A DNA stretch of 64,000 bases from an uncultured Verrucomicrobiae bacterium (GTDB lineage: Bacteria; Verrucomicrobiota; Verrucomicrobiia; Verrucomicrobiales; Akkermansiaceae), in the NCBI GenBank assembly GCA_963815205.1, contig CAWFFP010000003.1:123984-187983 (forward strand), read 5' to 3'. Positions 9,097-19,200 of this stretch are shown piece by piece. How positions within the stretch are numbered: the stretch's first letter is position 1; each line of letters begins with the position of its first letter. A model generated the notes under the pieces. The model searched no databases. It saw nothing but the letters and a program-made list of their open reading frames with translations, and was not told the DNA's origin. Made by a program: the position numbers and the translations under genes.

Positions 9097-10482
9097 TTAT
9101 AGTAGTTGATCCGTTTCAGCTGTTCGAGCTTTGTGAACCTCTTCGAATTTCCTCCCCATTGTTGTGTTGTTCTGCGTCAATTTTTTGACCGTGACATCCT
9201 GAGCCTTCTCGTTTGCTAGTCGCAAGTTATTTTCAGACTTTAATAATGCGTCTCTAGTTTTCTGAAGGTGATTAATCGATTTATCAATTTCTGAAACCGC
9301 TGTCTGGAATTGCCTTGAAGCCAGTTCATAGTTTCTTCCGAACTTAGTTTTAAAGTCTTCTAAATCAGCCTCGAAATCAGTGACATCGATATTCTGTGCT
9401 TTGACCAGGGCTAGTTCTGCCTTGTATGCGATCGAACTGAGCGCAGCATTTCTTAGTAATGTAATCATCGGCATGAAGAACTGTGGGCGGATTACATACA
9501 TCTTTTTATACCGGTGCGACACATCCACGATTCCCATATTGTAGAGTTCGCTCTCCGGTTCTAGCAGCGAAACCAAGATAGCGTATTCACAACCCTTCTC
9601 ATTCCGGTCCTTATCTAGCTCCTTGAAGAAGTCTTCATTTTTTTTCTTCGTCGCCGTCGTATCGTTTTCATTCTTCATTTCGAACATGATCGAAACAATC
9701 TCTGTTCCCGCCTGATCTAGGTCCTTAAAAATAAAATCTCCTTTGCTGCCACTGCTCGCATTGTTGTCTTTTTCGAAATAGGCCCGCGGGAATGCAGTGG
9801 CTCGGATCCGATTAAATTCAATTTCACAATGTTGCTCGAGCGTCTCCCCGACCATTTTTGTGGAAAGCCTTGCCTTGAAATCTTTGAGACGCTCAATCTC
9901 TTGGTCTCGATCTCGCAATCGGATTTCATACTGATCCACCAGTGCTTTCTCAGCAACTTGCTTTTCGAGAGCCGCCTGCCCTAGGTTGTGCTTCAAAGCA
10001 TCGCGCTCTTTTTCAACCGCGCTCACTGCTTCAGTAACTGCCAGCTTCTCGCTGAGCTCTTTAGCGTTGAGCCGGTTGATAAGCCCTTCGATCTCCTTCT
10101 GGCTTTCGATTTTCGCTATCTTCTCTGCGTTTTCGCTATGAACCTTTGTCTGCTCAAGTAGGTGAATTGCCTGATCCCGCTCCTTTTGAATGCTCATCAC
10201 AGCGCTATTGATCGCTAATTTTTGATCCGTATTTCTTGCCTCTAATTGAGCCTTTAACTCTTGGATTGCGGCCTCTTTCTGATGAGCCTCTGCCTGTAGC
10301 TCACGGCCGAATTTCTCAGTTGCTAGAGCAACAGCATTAACTTTATCTTTTTCAGCTAGCTCTAATCGTTCGTGAAGCTGCGCATCAAATTCTTTGTTAC
10401 GCACCTGTTTAAGGATTTCGGCATATCCAGTCTCGTCGATCTTGAAGGCTTTCCCACAGTGAGGGCATGAAATGTCAGTCAT
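9097..10482 (-). CDS. DUF2130-family protein: zinc ribbon, long coiled coil and a C-terminal D..E.K nuclease-like core
   Basis: The N-terminus is CPHCGKAF and the middle is heptad-rich. The C-terminal part contains GDFIFKD...IMFEMKNE. Confidence 0.7.
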   Translation of the reverse strand: MTDISCPHCGKAFKIDETGYAEILKQVRNKEFDAQLHERLELAEKDKVNAVALATEKFGRELQAEAHQKEAAIQELKAQLEARNTDQKLAINSAVMSIQKERDQAIHLLEQTKVHSENAEKIAKIESQKEIEGLINRLNAKELSEKLAVTEAVSAVEKERDALKHNLGQAALEKQVAEKALVDQYEIRLRDRDQEIERLKDFKARLSTKMVGETLEQHCEIEFNRIRATAFPRAYFEKDNNASSGSKGDFIFKDLDQAGTEIVSIMFEMKNENDTTATKKKNEDFFKELDKDRNEKGCEYAILVSLLEPESELYNMGIVDVSHRYKKMYVIRPQFFMPMITLLRNAALSSIAYKAELALVKAQNIDVTDFEADLEDFKTKFGRNYELASRQFQTAVSEIDKSINHLQKTRDALLKSENNLRLANEKAQDVTVKKLTQNNTTMGRKFEEVHKARTAETDQLL

Positions 10483-11193
10483 AAAGTTTTTAAACGCTTT
10501 GCTTCGAAGGTCAGTAAATGCTTTTGGCCTATTTACATGAATTCAGCTTAAGTTCGATCTTAGAAAAGAAAGGCCTAGTTGAGTCGAATATATTCATCGC
10601 TTCGGTACGGATCGGTTCTTCGCCATCAACTGATGGCGAAGCTCCTCTGAAATTTTCCTTTTAACGATCTTCCCTTGTTGTTGATGCGGTGGAAGATGAT
10701 TCCACATCGGACACAGAAGATCAGTCGGAAAGTATCTTTGGAGCAAGACCTAAGGATCTTGTATTCCTATTTGCCAAGAGTGTGCCCGCTCTGAAATTAC
10801 TCTGGGTTGAGATGGCTTGAGAGCTTAAGCGTCTTCAAATCTTATTCGTTCAAACGAGTGCCTCTTTAGATCTCTTATCGATCGCCAATGTAGGATATTC
10901 GCAATATAGCCGTCCTGATTCGGGCAAGATGATTTACCAAACTCTACATCTAAGGGCCTGACAATCCAATGGATACCCACGAATATGGTTGCTCGTGAGC
11001 ATTTTTCAGACTTTAGACCTACAGACTCAAGGGTTCTCAGAAAATCTGCGAACTGATCGGCTCGATGTAAGGAGTTTTGTTCCGTGGAACAGCTTCATCC
11101 TTCTCACAAAGCATGATCTGTTCGCTGGGTATTAAGAACCTTTCTCAATGTGAGAATCCTTCTCAATTTTTTTACCTAAGGCAGTAATAATGT

Positions 11194-12633
11194 CTACAAT
11201 GTATCGGGCCAAGGATGAGGCTTTTCAGTCTCCCAGGCTGGTCTTTGCTCCTGCTTGATCTGACGATCAAGAGCATTCATTTTCTCGATCATTGCCTCAA
11301 CTTTCTCGGGAAAATCGTCCGCTCGGTTGTCTGTCTCTCCGATGTCAGTCTTCAAGTTGAATAACATAATGGACTTCTTTTCCCCGGCATCTACGGCCGC
11401 TTGGTGTCCCCTCGCGTTGCTATTCTCGAACGTGTGCAGCAGCTTCCAATCGCCCTCGCGGATGCCTTCGATATCCCCATACGATGAATAATAGAGGAAG
11501 TTGTCTCTGCCTTTGGTGTCGTTAGCGAAGATAGATTTGCTTAGATCCATCCCATCTATTTTGTTATCTAAGGAAAGCTCTGCTCCTACTAGAGCAGCGA
11601 GGCTAGGTAAGAGATCGATGCTGGTGATCAGCGCTTCAGATTCGATTCCTGGTTCAATAATTCCTGGTCCCCACATTACACAAGGTACCCGCTGGCCGCC
11701 TTCGAAGGTAGTACCCTTCCCTCCGCGCAAAGGTCCCGCGCTCCCGCCATGGTTCTTAAATTTAAGCCATGGGCCATTGTCACTGGTGAAAATAACCAGA
11801 GTCTGATGATCGATAGCCTCTGCCTTTCTCAGAATTTTCCCTACTTCTGCATCCATGTGCTCAATTACCTTCGTATAGGCTTGGAGTGGATCGCTTCCTG
11901 CGACTTCGTCAGGAACAAACAGTGGGATATGAGGCATCGAATGAGGCAGGTAGATGAAAAAGCTTCCGTCTTTGTTTTCCTCCATGAATTCGACCGCCGC
12001 ATCCGTGTAACGTTGGGTAATAAATCTTTGATCTACAGGTAACTCTATCATCTCATTCCCACGAACCAACGGGGTGTTCCAGCTCTTGCTCGCTTCTGCT
12101 TGATTCACCCAGTCTGCATCGAGATCTCGTTTCGGTTTCCCCTTATTATCTGGATGACTCATGTCATTTGAATATGGGATTCCGAGATATTGATCGAATC
12201 CATGACTCAGGGGTAATACTTCGGGATAATGCCCCAAATGCCATTTTCCGAAGCAGGCAGTCGCATAACCCGCCCCTTGGAAGTATTTACCCATCGTCAG
12301 CTCCTTCGGGTTCAGGCCCTTTGTGCTCGAAGGAAATAAAACATGATTATGCATCGAAATTCTCTTTGGATAGGTCCCAGTCAGCAATCCGGCCCTTGAT
12401 GGAGTGCAGACGGGAGAAGCAACCATGAAATTTGTGAATTTCCGACCCTCTGCCGCCATTCTATCAAGATTCGGGGTGTTGATTTTTTCAGAGCCAAAAC
12501 TGGATAGGTCCCCATAACCCATGTCATCAGCAAAGATTAAAACGACATTTGGCGGTTTCTCGCTTGCCGCGATTGCCAGAGGGACACAAAAGCAAAGTAG
12601 GAAGAAGGTTTTAAAGAAGGTTTTATACAGCAT
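11194..12633 (-). CDS. secreted arylsulfatase-family sulfatase
   Basis: Signal peptide, DDMGYGD, and the formylglycine motif CTPSRAGLLTG. Confidence 0.85.
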   Translation of the reverse strand: MLYKTFFKTFFLLCFCVPLAIAASEKPPNVVLIFADDMGYGDLSSFGSEKINTPNLDRMAAEGRKFTNFMVASPVCTPSRAGLLTGTYPKRISMHNHVLFPSSTKGLNPKELTMGKYFQGAGYATACFGKWHLGHYPEVLPLSHGFDQYLGIPYSNDMSHPDNKGKPKRDLDADWVNQAEASKSWNTPLVRGNEMIELPVDQRFITQRYTDAAVEFMEENKDGSFFIYLPHSMPHIPLFVPDEVAGSDPLQAYTKVIEHMDAEVGKILRKAEAIDHQTLVIFTSDNGPWLKFKNHGGSAGPLRGGKGTTFEGGQRVPCVMWGPGIIEPGIESEALITSIDLLPSLAALVGAELSLDNKIDGMDLSKSIFANDTKGRDNFLYYSSYGDIEGIREGDWKLLHTFENSNARGHQAAVDAGEKKSIMLFNLKTDIGETDNRADDFPEKVEAMIEKMNALDRQIKQEQRPAWETEKPHPWPDTL

Positions 12634-12884
12634 TATACGATATCTTCACTCTTGGCGAGGCACTGACAACAAGATTCTCCAATCAATCCTTATCGTCTAC
12701 CTAGAGGTCACCTTCATAATTTGGGTGTGGAATAATTTTTCCTGCCTTTGTTTCCGTCGTCATCGAAAAGCCATTTGCTGGGGATGAACAGTGCCTTCAT
12801 AATTTTAGAGATAAGAGGCAGCTTATTTCTTAGCCGTCTGAATTGACGCTTCGATCCTGAAGCCGTATCACCATCCCTGGCACC

Positions 12885-13448
12885 ATGCTCCTTGTCTTAG
12901 ATAACTACGATTCCTTTACCTATAATCTTGTCCAGTATTTCGGTGAGATGGGGGTGGAGATGAAGATCTATCGGAACGACGCGATTACAGTAGAAGAAAT
13001 CGGCAAACTGCGCCCGGAAAGAATATGTATTTCACCAGGGCCCTGCGCACCTGAGCAGGCGGGAATCTCGATGGATTTGATCCGGCGTTATGGTGAAAGG
13101 ATTCCAATACTCGGCGTTTGCCTGGGACACCAAGCGATCGGTCAGGTTTATGGCGGGCAGGTGGTCAGGGCAGAGCGCCTGATGCATGGCAAAACCTCCC
13201 CGATTCTTCATAACAGCGCGAGTGTTTTCCGCGATCTGCCTTCCCCATTCATCGCCACTCGCTATCATTCACTCATCGTTAAGCGGGAGAGCCTCCCATC
13301 CTGTCTTAACATCACTGCAGAAACGGCGGAAGGTGAGATTATGGGCCTTCAGCATAAAGTGCATCCTGTTCATGGTGTTCAATTTCATCCAGAGTCAATT
13401 CTCACCCAGCATGGGAAACAGCTCCTAAGAAACTTCCTTTCGCTTTAA
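12885..13448 (+). CDS. glutamine amidotransferase component of anthranilate / aminodeoxychorismate synthase (TrpG/PabA)
   Basis: [23 protein letters not shown] and VQFHPES (class I GATase triad). Confidence 0.85.
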   Translation: MLLVLDNYDSFTYNLVQYFGEMGVEMKIYRNDAITVEEIGKLRPERICISPGPCAPEQAGISMDLIRRYGERIPILGVCLGHQAIGQVYGGQVVRAERLMHGKTSPILHNSASVFRDLPSPFIATRYHSLIVKRESLPSCLNITAETAEGEIMGLQHKVHPVHGVQFHPESILTQHGKQLLRNFLSL

Positions 13449-13449
13449 A

Positions 13450-14163
13450 ATGCACCGTGCGTATCTCCCACCGGCAGCTTGGACCGAGACTCCACATCTA
13501 GCGGGTAGCGAAGCAAAACACCTTGCCCAAGTCCTTCGGGTGCAAGAAGGGCAAATAATTGAAGTTTTCGACGGCGAAGGAAACCGCGCCTCGGCAAAGA
13601 TTGTTCGCGTCTCAAAGAGCCAAATCGATCTCGTCCTTGAGGTCGCGGAATCGGATACCGAGGCTACTCCGCGAATTATCCTAGCGCAGTCAGTCCCAAA
13701 AGGAAGAAATATGGATTTGATTATACAAAAATCCGTGGAACTTGGAGTCGCTGAAATCCACCCTCTTATCACCCAAAACAGCGTTTCTACTCCAGCGGAA
13801 GAAAAGGTAGAAAAGTGGCAACGGATTGCTCTCGAAGCATGCAAACAGTGTGGCCAAGACACGGTTCCTTTGATTTCTCCCCCTATTGCGATTGAAAAGT
13901 ATCTCGAAGCCTATCATCGGTCCGATCTAAATTTAATCGCCTCACTGACCCCGGGCGCTCAGAAGCTCCCCCTAGTTCTAGATGATGATCCCCCGCCTAG
14001 ATCTGCGACCCTTCTCATCGGTCCTGAAGGAGACTTTTCGCCAAGGGAAACCTCCTCTGCTATCAAAGCTGGATTCATCCCCGTGACCCTTGGCCCTCTG
14101 GTGCTACGGGTTGAAACTGCCAGTATATTTTCTATCTCTGCAATTCGGGCCCGTTTTATGTAG
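13450..14163 (+). CDS. rsmE: 16S rRNA (uracil1498-N3)-methyltransferase
   Basis: An RsmE-like PUA domain followed by a SPOUT domain. The C-terminal part reads LLIGPEGDFS..E and LGP.VLR.ETA. Confidence 0.8.
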   Translation: MHRAYLPPAAWTETPHLAGSEAKHLAQVLRVQEGQIIEVFDGEGNRASAKIVRVSKSQIDLVLEVAESDTEATPRIILAQSVPKGRNMDLIIQKSVELGVAEIHPLITQNSVSTPAEEKVEKWQRIALEACKQCGQDTVPLISPPIAIEKYLEAYHRSDLNLIASLTPGAQKLPLVLDDDPPPRSATLLIGPEGDFSPRETSSAIKAGFIPVTLGPLVLRVETASIFSISAIRARFM

Positions 14164-14264
14164 AGAACTTCGATCCTAGGTGATCTGGAGATAAAAACGC
14201 CTGATCTCACGCGCGCCAATACAGCAAAACCACCTTGACTTCCTGACGACCCCAATCCTTCGTT

Positions 14265-14660
14265 GTGGCACCCGCAATGCCTCTGTCACCAGACTCCCCT
14301 ACTTACTGGACCCGCGAAGTTCTTAAATCAAAGCTCCACCGTGCTGCCATTACGGAGGCTGACGTAGATTATGAAGGTAGCATTGAAATTCCACGCGATC
14401 TGATGGACGCTGCCGATCTCTGGCCAGGGGAAAAGGTCCTAGTCGCCTCCATCACGACAGGAGCTCGTCTCGAAACGTATGTGTTAGAAGGAAAGGCTGA
14501 TACTGGTAAGATACTTATAAATGGAGGAGCAGCCCATCTCATCAAAAAGGGCGAACGTGTCGCCATTATGGCGTTCGGCTATAGTCAGAACCCAATCGAT
14601 CCTAAGAATTTACTCTTGGACGAAAACAATCAGATCATTCGAGATCGTAGCAAGCCTTGA
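14265..14660 (+). CDS. panD: aspartate 1-decarboxylase
   Basis: LKSKLHRAAITEADVDYEGSI includes the Gly-Ser self-cleavage site. The start is either the GTG at 14265 or the ATG at 14277. Confidence 0.85.
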   Translation: MAPAMPLSPDSPTYWTREVLKSKLHRAAITEADVDYEGSIEIPRDLMDAADLWPGEKVLVASITTGARLETYVLEGKADTGKILINGGAAHLIKKGERVAIMAFGYSQNPIDPKNLLLDENNQIIRDRSKP

Positions 14661-14756
14661 AAGGCAGTTATGTGAAAGGTTTTGCAATTTATTCTTTCAG
14701 CAGTTGACGAATAGACACCCCTCGTCGTTAGGCTCCATTGGGATCAATTTTTTAAG

Positions 14757-15611
14757 ATGAGCATTGCAGCACTAGGTATTATTGGGGGCTCCGGCCTCTA
14801 CGAGATCGAAACTCTGGACATCACGAAAGAACACGAACTTTCGACTCCCTTTGGGGCCCCATCGGACACGATCGTCGAGGGGACTCTGGCTGGGAGGACA
14901 GTCTACTTCCTTCCGCGTCATGGCCGAGGCCATCGTCTGCTCGCGCATGAGATAAATCACCGCGCGAACATCTGGGCACTGCGCTCTCTCGGAGTCCGTT
15001 TTGCGCTTTCGGTGACAGCAGTCGGAAGCCTCCGAGAGGAGATGAAGCCGCGGGACGTCATTGTGCCAGATCAGCTGGTAGACCGATCGGGCCGAGGCCA
15101 TGAACACACCTTTTTTGGTAAGGGCATAGCCGCTCATGTTTCGTTTGCGGATCCATACTCTGAGGAAATGCGAGAACTTGTTCTAAATGCAGCCATTCAG
15201 CATACAGATCGGCTCCATAACGGTGGCACCTATGTATCTATGAATGGCCCGGCCTTCTCAACCCGCGCAGAATCAAACATGCACCGCGCCCTTGGCTTTG
15301 ATCTGATCGGCATGACAAATGCGGCAGAAGCTAGGCTATGTCGGGAGGCCGAAATCGCGCTAGCGACTCTCGCTTTAGTAACCGATTATGATTGTTGGAA
15401 AACTGACGAGCCTCCCGTCGACGTGGCCTCAGTCATCGCGAACCTCCACGCTAATTCAACACTTTCAAAACAGATCATAACGAGTCTTGCCCCAGCTCTC
15501 CCTGCTGATGCAAAATGGCCGGCGCATCAAGCGCTACATACGGCGATTCTTACGCCTCGCAGTGAATGGCCCGAAGATACCTATGCGAATTTACGCCCTA
15601 TTTTAGAGTGA
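14757..15611 (+). CDS. mtnP: S-methyl-5'-thioadenosine phosphorylase
   Basis: GIIGGSGLY, FL.RHGRGH, GMT...EA.L.REAE and the LVTDYD motif. Confidence 0.85.
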   Translation: MSIAALGIIGGSGLYEIETLDITKEHELSTPFGAPSDTIVEGTLAGRTVYFLPRHGRGHRLLAHEINHRANIWALRSLGVRFALSVTAVGSLREEMKPRDVIVPDQLVDRSGRGHEHTFFGKGIAAHVSFADPYSEEMRELVLNAAIQHTDRLHNGGTYVSMNGPAFSTRAESNMHRALGFDLIGMTNAAEARLCREAEIALATLALVTDYDCWKTDEPPVDVASVIANLHANSTLSKQIITSLAPALPADAKWPAHQALHTAILTPRSEWPEDTYANLRPILE

Positions 15612-15742
15612 TGATCGTCGGATTATAAACAGCTCATCCTTGACAGTTAAGCTAAAAGAACTTTCAAACTGCCCTGCGTAAACTAGTTCTTGCTAAGCTA
15701 TCTCGGAGCCTCAGCACTCATCCTAGACCACTCTCGCCTATC

Positions 15743-16798
15743 ATGCCGACTGCACATATCTTAGTTCTTCCCCTCGTCGTAAGCGCTGCGCTTTACACAT
15801 CGTGCGCCTCTATGTCGCAAACTGGACCTCAAAAAGCAGAGATTGAGAAAGGCGGTCCAAACTACGAGCTGATCCCCGTAAGTAGCAGAGGCGATCTTCC
15901 TCAGGACAAGCGCTTCTACGGCCAGGGCCAGATTCCACCAGCCCTTCTAGGAGACAGCTATTCTGACAAAGTCCGCGCAAGAGACGGGCTAAGGTTCACA
16001 ATCACAGATTTAACAGAAGCTAGCCCGTTTTACACCTCCGGCAGCCCTTTCTCTTTCGGCCCAATCGAGGTTCCAGCTAGCGGCAATGTAGTCGTTCCCT
16101 ATGTCGGCGAAATCCAAGTAATGTCCCGGGACCTTGCCACTATCGCATCAGATCTTAACGAGCAGCTGAAGCCTATCTCTAATACAGCGCAGGCATCCGT
16201 CTCGCGGGTATCGCGCATTTCAAAGACCGCAAACGTGATCGGAGAGGTGAACAAACCAGGTCCGGTGACCTTAGAGCGGGGCAACTTGACATCCCATGAC
16301 CTCTTGGCAGCCTCCGGCGGCCCGGCGGCGGCAGAACACTTATACAAATACACTCTCAGGCGAAACGGCCGTGACTACGTCTTCGATTATCTTGGGTTTA
16401 GAAAAAAATCTTTTGCGATAGAAGAAGGTGATCTTTTGAGCGTCACGACAGACTCCAGCAACCGCTTTTACGTTATGGGCGCGATCAATAAGCCGACCAC
16501 AGTTCCATTTCCAGTTCCAGCCCCCACCCTTGCCGACGCGCTTGGGGCGGCTATGGGTCTGGACGAGCGAAGGTCAGATCCTTCAGGCATTTTTGTTTTC
16601 CGGAAAGGAAATCCAGATACCGTCTATACCTTTGATCTAAAGAATCCTAGTGTGGTCTTTCTCACACAGCGCTTTGCAATTGCTGGTGAAGACCTTGTCT
16701 ACATTACAGAAGCACCACTTGCCCAATGGTCACGCCTCATTAACCAAACACTTCCCTTCTCTCAATCACTATTTAATGCGCAGAGAATTACTCAATAA
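15743..16798 (+). CDS. polysaccharide export outer-membrane lipoprotein (Wza/KpsD family)
   Basis: Lipobox LYTSC, and Poly_export/SLBB-like segments (V..G.I.VP.VGEI.V, ...V.V.GEV.KPG). It sits at the head of the kpsMTE cluster. Confidence 0.7.
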   Translation: MPTAHILVLPLVVSAALYTSCASMSQTGPQKAEIEKGGPNYELIPVSSRGDLPQDKRFYGQGQIPPALLGDSYSDKVRARDGLRFTITDLTEASPFYTSGSPFSFGPIEVPASGNVVVPYVGEIQVMSRDLATIASDLNEQLKPISNTAQASVSRVSRISKTANVIGEVNKPGPVTLERGNLTSHDLLAASGGPAAAEHLYKYTLRRNGRDYVFDYLGFRKKSFAIEEGDLLSVTTDSSNRFYVMGAINKPTTVPFPVPAPTLADALGAAMGLDERRSDPSGIFVFRKGNPDTVYTFDLKNPSVVFLTQRFAIAGEDLVYITEAPLAQWSRLINQTLPFSQSLFNAQRITQ

Positions 16799-16801
16799 AG
16801 T

Positions 16802-17338
16802 ATGACTGCAGCGTTCAAATTCTTAATCGTCGTTATCGCCTTCGCAGTTTCAGGATGTGGCGGAGACACCTATCGGCCTGCCTTCCAAGCACCCACACAG
16901 CCTAGGAAATTTATCCTAGAAAGTTCAAATCCAGAGCTTCCTGAAAGGGTGGGAAGACGAACTATTTCCGTCCGTGACCAGGCTAGTCCCCGCCCGGCAA
17001 GCCCATCTTTACAGCGCCTAGCAAACGGGCATTACCGCCTGAACGAAGCTTGGACAGTCCTCTTAAACGGCAAACTATGGACTGTGCAAAAAGGCTACAC
17101 TTCAAATGGCATCACCGCCCCAAATTACATCAAGAGTGGTCTTGGAGATGGAATCAATCGGCCAGAAACTTGGAGTGCCGTGTTCCATGATTGGCTATTT
17201 ACTCAACCTGGAATCACTCGGAAACAAGCAGATGATCTCTTCCGTGATCTCTTATTAGCCTACCGCGTGAACAAGAAAAAGGTAGAGCTGATGCACAGCG
17301 TGGTGACCAGTTATTCTCGCACGAAGGACCGCCCATAA
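16802..17338 (+). CDS. lipoprotein with a DUF1353-like domain
   Basis: Lipobox VSGC. GYTSNGITAP....VFHDWLF resembles the DUF1353 signature. This is recognition from memory only. Confidence 0.45.
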   Translation: MTAAFKFLIVVIAFAVSGCGGDTYRPAFQAPTQPRKFILESSNPELPERVGRRTISVRDQASPRPASPSLQRLANGHYRLNEAWTVLLNGKLWTVQKGYTSNGITAPNYIKSGLGDGINRPETWSAVFHDWLFTQPGITRKQADDLFRDLLLAYRVNKKKVELMHSVVTSYSRTKDRP

Positions 17339-17381
17339 TTCATTCCTAGCTTTTTCCTCTTTCTCCCTAGATATAGCTCCA

Positions 17382-18181
17382 ATGGCAGTCCCAATTCGCA
17401 TTGCCAGAAAGCCTGCCCTCGTGACCCAATGGTTGGTGATTCAGGCTCTCCTTCAGCGGGAGGTCATTACTCGCTTCGGGCAGTATAAATTGGGCATCTT
17501 TTGGATGCTGTTTGAGCCTCTTTTGGCGGTCATAATGATCGGTGTAATCATCGGTCCAATCGCCGGACTGTACTGTCACCTGAGATCCCATACGCTTTCT
17601 TTTTACTTAACGGCCGCATTCTCCTCCAGTTATTTACTGGAAGCCTGCAAACCGGAGTTAAGGCAATTGAAGCCAATCAAGGACTTTTATCCTATCCCAC
17701 AGTAAGACCACTCGATCCTTTCTTAGCCCGCTTCATCTTCACCCTGATGACTACGTGTTTCTCATTCACTATATTTTGCGTGATAGGCATCTGGTGGGGA
17801 ATCGAATTGTCGGGTGAACATCTACACATCCTGGTCGCTTCAGGAATGATCACATGGTTTGCTGGTTGTGGTGCCGGGCTTCTCTTTGGAGTAGGGGCGG
17901 CTCACTTCAAAGAAATGGAAAAAGTGGTAGGGGTAATTCGAATGCCCCTGATGTTTGTTTCGGCAGTCTTTGTCCCCCTTGTTGCACTTCCTCAATCGAT
18001 CCAAGATATCCTGATCTATAACCCTTTGGTTCACACCATCGAGCTAAGTCGGAAGGCCCTATTCCCATTTTATAATGCCGGCGAGACGAACTTAACCTAT
18101 CCACTTTTCTGCGCCTTTATCTTACTCTCGGCAGGCTTGATCGCTTTCCGTCTCAACAGAAATTTCTTAACTCGTAGATAA
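17382..18181 (+). pseudogene. kpsM: capsule ABC-2 permease KpsM, interrupted by a frameshift near 17570-17585
   Basis: ORF 17382..17705 matches the KpsM N-terminus (REVITRFGQYKLGIFWMLFEPLL). After IIGPIAG the true continuation is in another frame: PEIPYAFFLLNGRILLQLFTGSLQTGVKAIEANQGLLSYPTVRPLDPFLARF. That frame runs into ORF 17747..18181. Confidence 0.8.
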
Positions 18182-18197
18182 CCCAACATATTCTTCG

Positions 18198-18884
18198 ATG
18201 ATTGAGTTCAAAAATCTGACAAAATATTATCCGACTGCGGATGGCAGGCGCTACATTTTAGACGATATCTCGATCCGTATACCGTCAGATAACAATATCG
18301 GAATTCTCGGTGCGAATGGGGCGGGAAAATCAACTCTTCTACGCCTGATCGGTGGCGCCGAATCTGCAAACGCTGGCCATATCATCACAGAAAAGACGAT
18401 TTCTTGGCCCCTGGGACTTGCTTCCGGATTCCAAGGATCTTTAACGGGGCGGCAGAACACCCAATTCGTCTGTCGAATCAACGGCTTGACCAAGCAAGAA
18501 GTTAAGGAGGTGTCCGAATTCGTCTTGGATTTCACAGAGCTGGCTGGATATTATGACATGCCGGTCCGGTCCTATTCTTCTGGTATGCGTGCGCGCCTCA
18601 CCTTCGGGCTGTCCATGGCTTTTGACTTTGATGTTTATCTAGTCGACGAGCTGACTTCGGTTGGTGATATGGGTTTTCGCGCGAAAGCGGCCGATGCTTT
18701 TAAAAAGATAAAAGAGAGATCAAGCCTCATATTTGTTTCCCACAACCTCAAAACCCTCGCAGATTCCTGTGAATCAGGCCTCTTCCTCGCAGAGGGGAAA
18801 GTCTTTTACTACGAAGATATAAAAGAAGGAATTCAAGATTACACCAAATGGATGAAACAAGGGATTTTTCCCTCAAAGGAATAG
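18198..18884 (+). CDS. kpsT: capsule polysaccharide export ABC ATPase
   Basis: Walker A GANGAGKST, signature YSSGM, Walker B YLVDE. The 228-aa length is typical of KpsT. Confidence 0.85.
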   Translation: MIEFKNLTKYYPTADGRRYILDDISIRIPSDNNIGILGANGAGKSTLLRLIGGAESANAGHIITEKTISWPLGLASGFQGSLTGRQNTQFVCRINGLTKQEVKEVSEFVLDFTELAGYYDMPVRSYSSGMRARLTFGLSMAFDFDVYLVDELTSVGDMGFRAKAADAFKKIKERSSLIFVSHNLKTLADSCESGLFLAEGKVFYYEDIKEGIQDYTKWMKQGIFPSKE

Positions 18885-19200
18885 GCTTTTAGTCTTTGAG
18901 ATGAAGGCACAGTCGCAAGTGAATCTGAATCGATGATTACCCATACAGATTCGCCTCTGAGTATATAATAATTTACTTCAATCCTAAGGCAGCTGTGATC
19001 CAATTAGGTCAGTAAGCAGCATCTATCCTCCACAATGGAGATCTCACTTTACAGCCCAGCTTTATCCCGCGCTACGTCCGATAGTTTCCAGTCTCAGCAC
19101 TTCTTCCGAAGATTAATGTCCCTAATAAGATTTCCATCCGAATAAATACCGTCCAGAGCTTCGTCCAATCTCTACATTTTATAGAAATTCAATAAATCAA

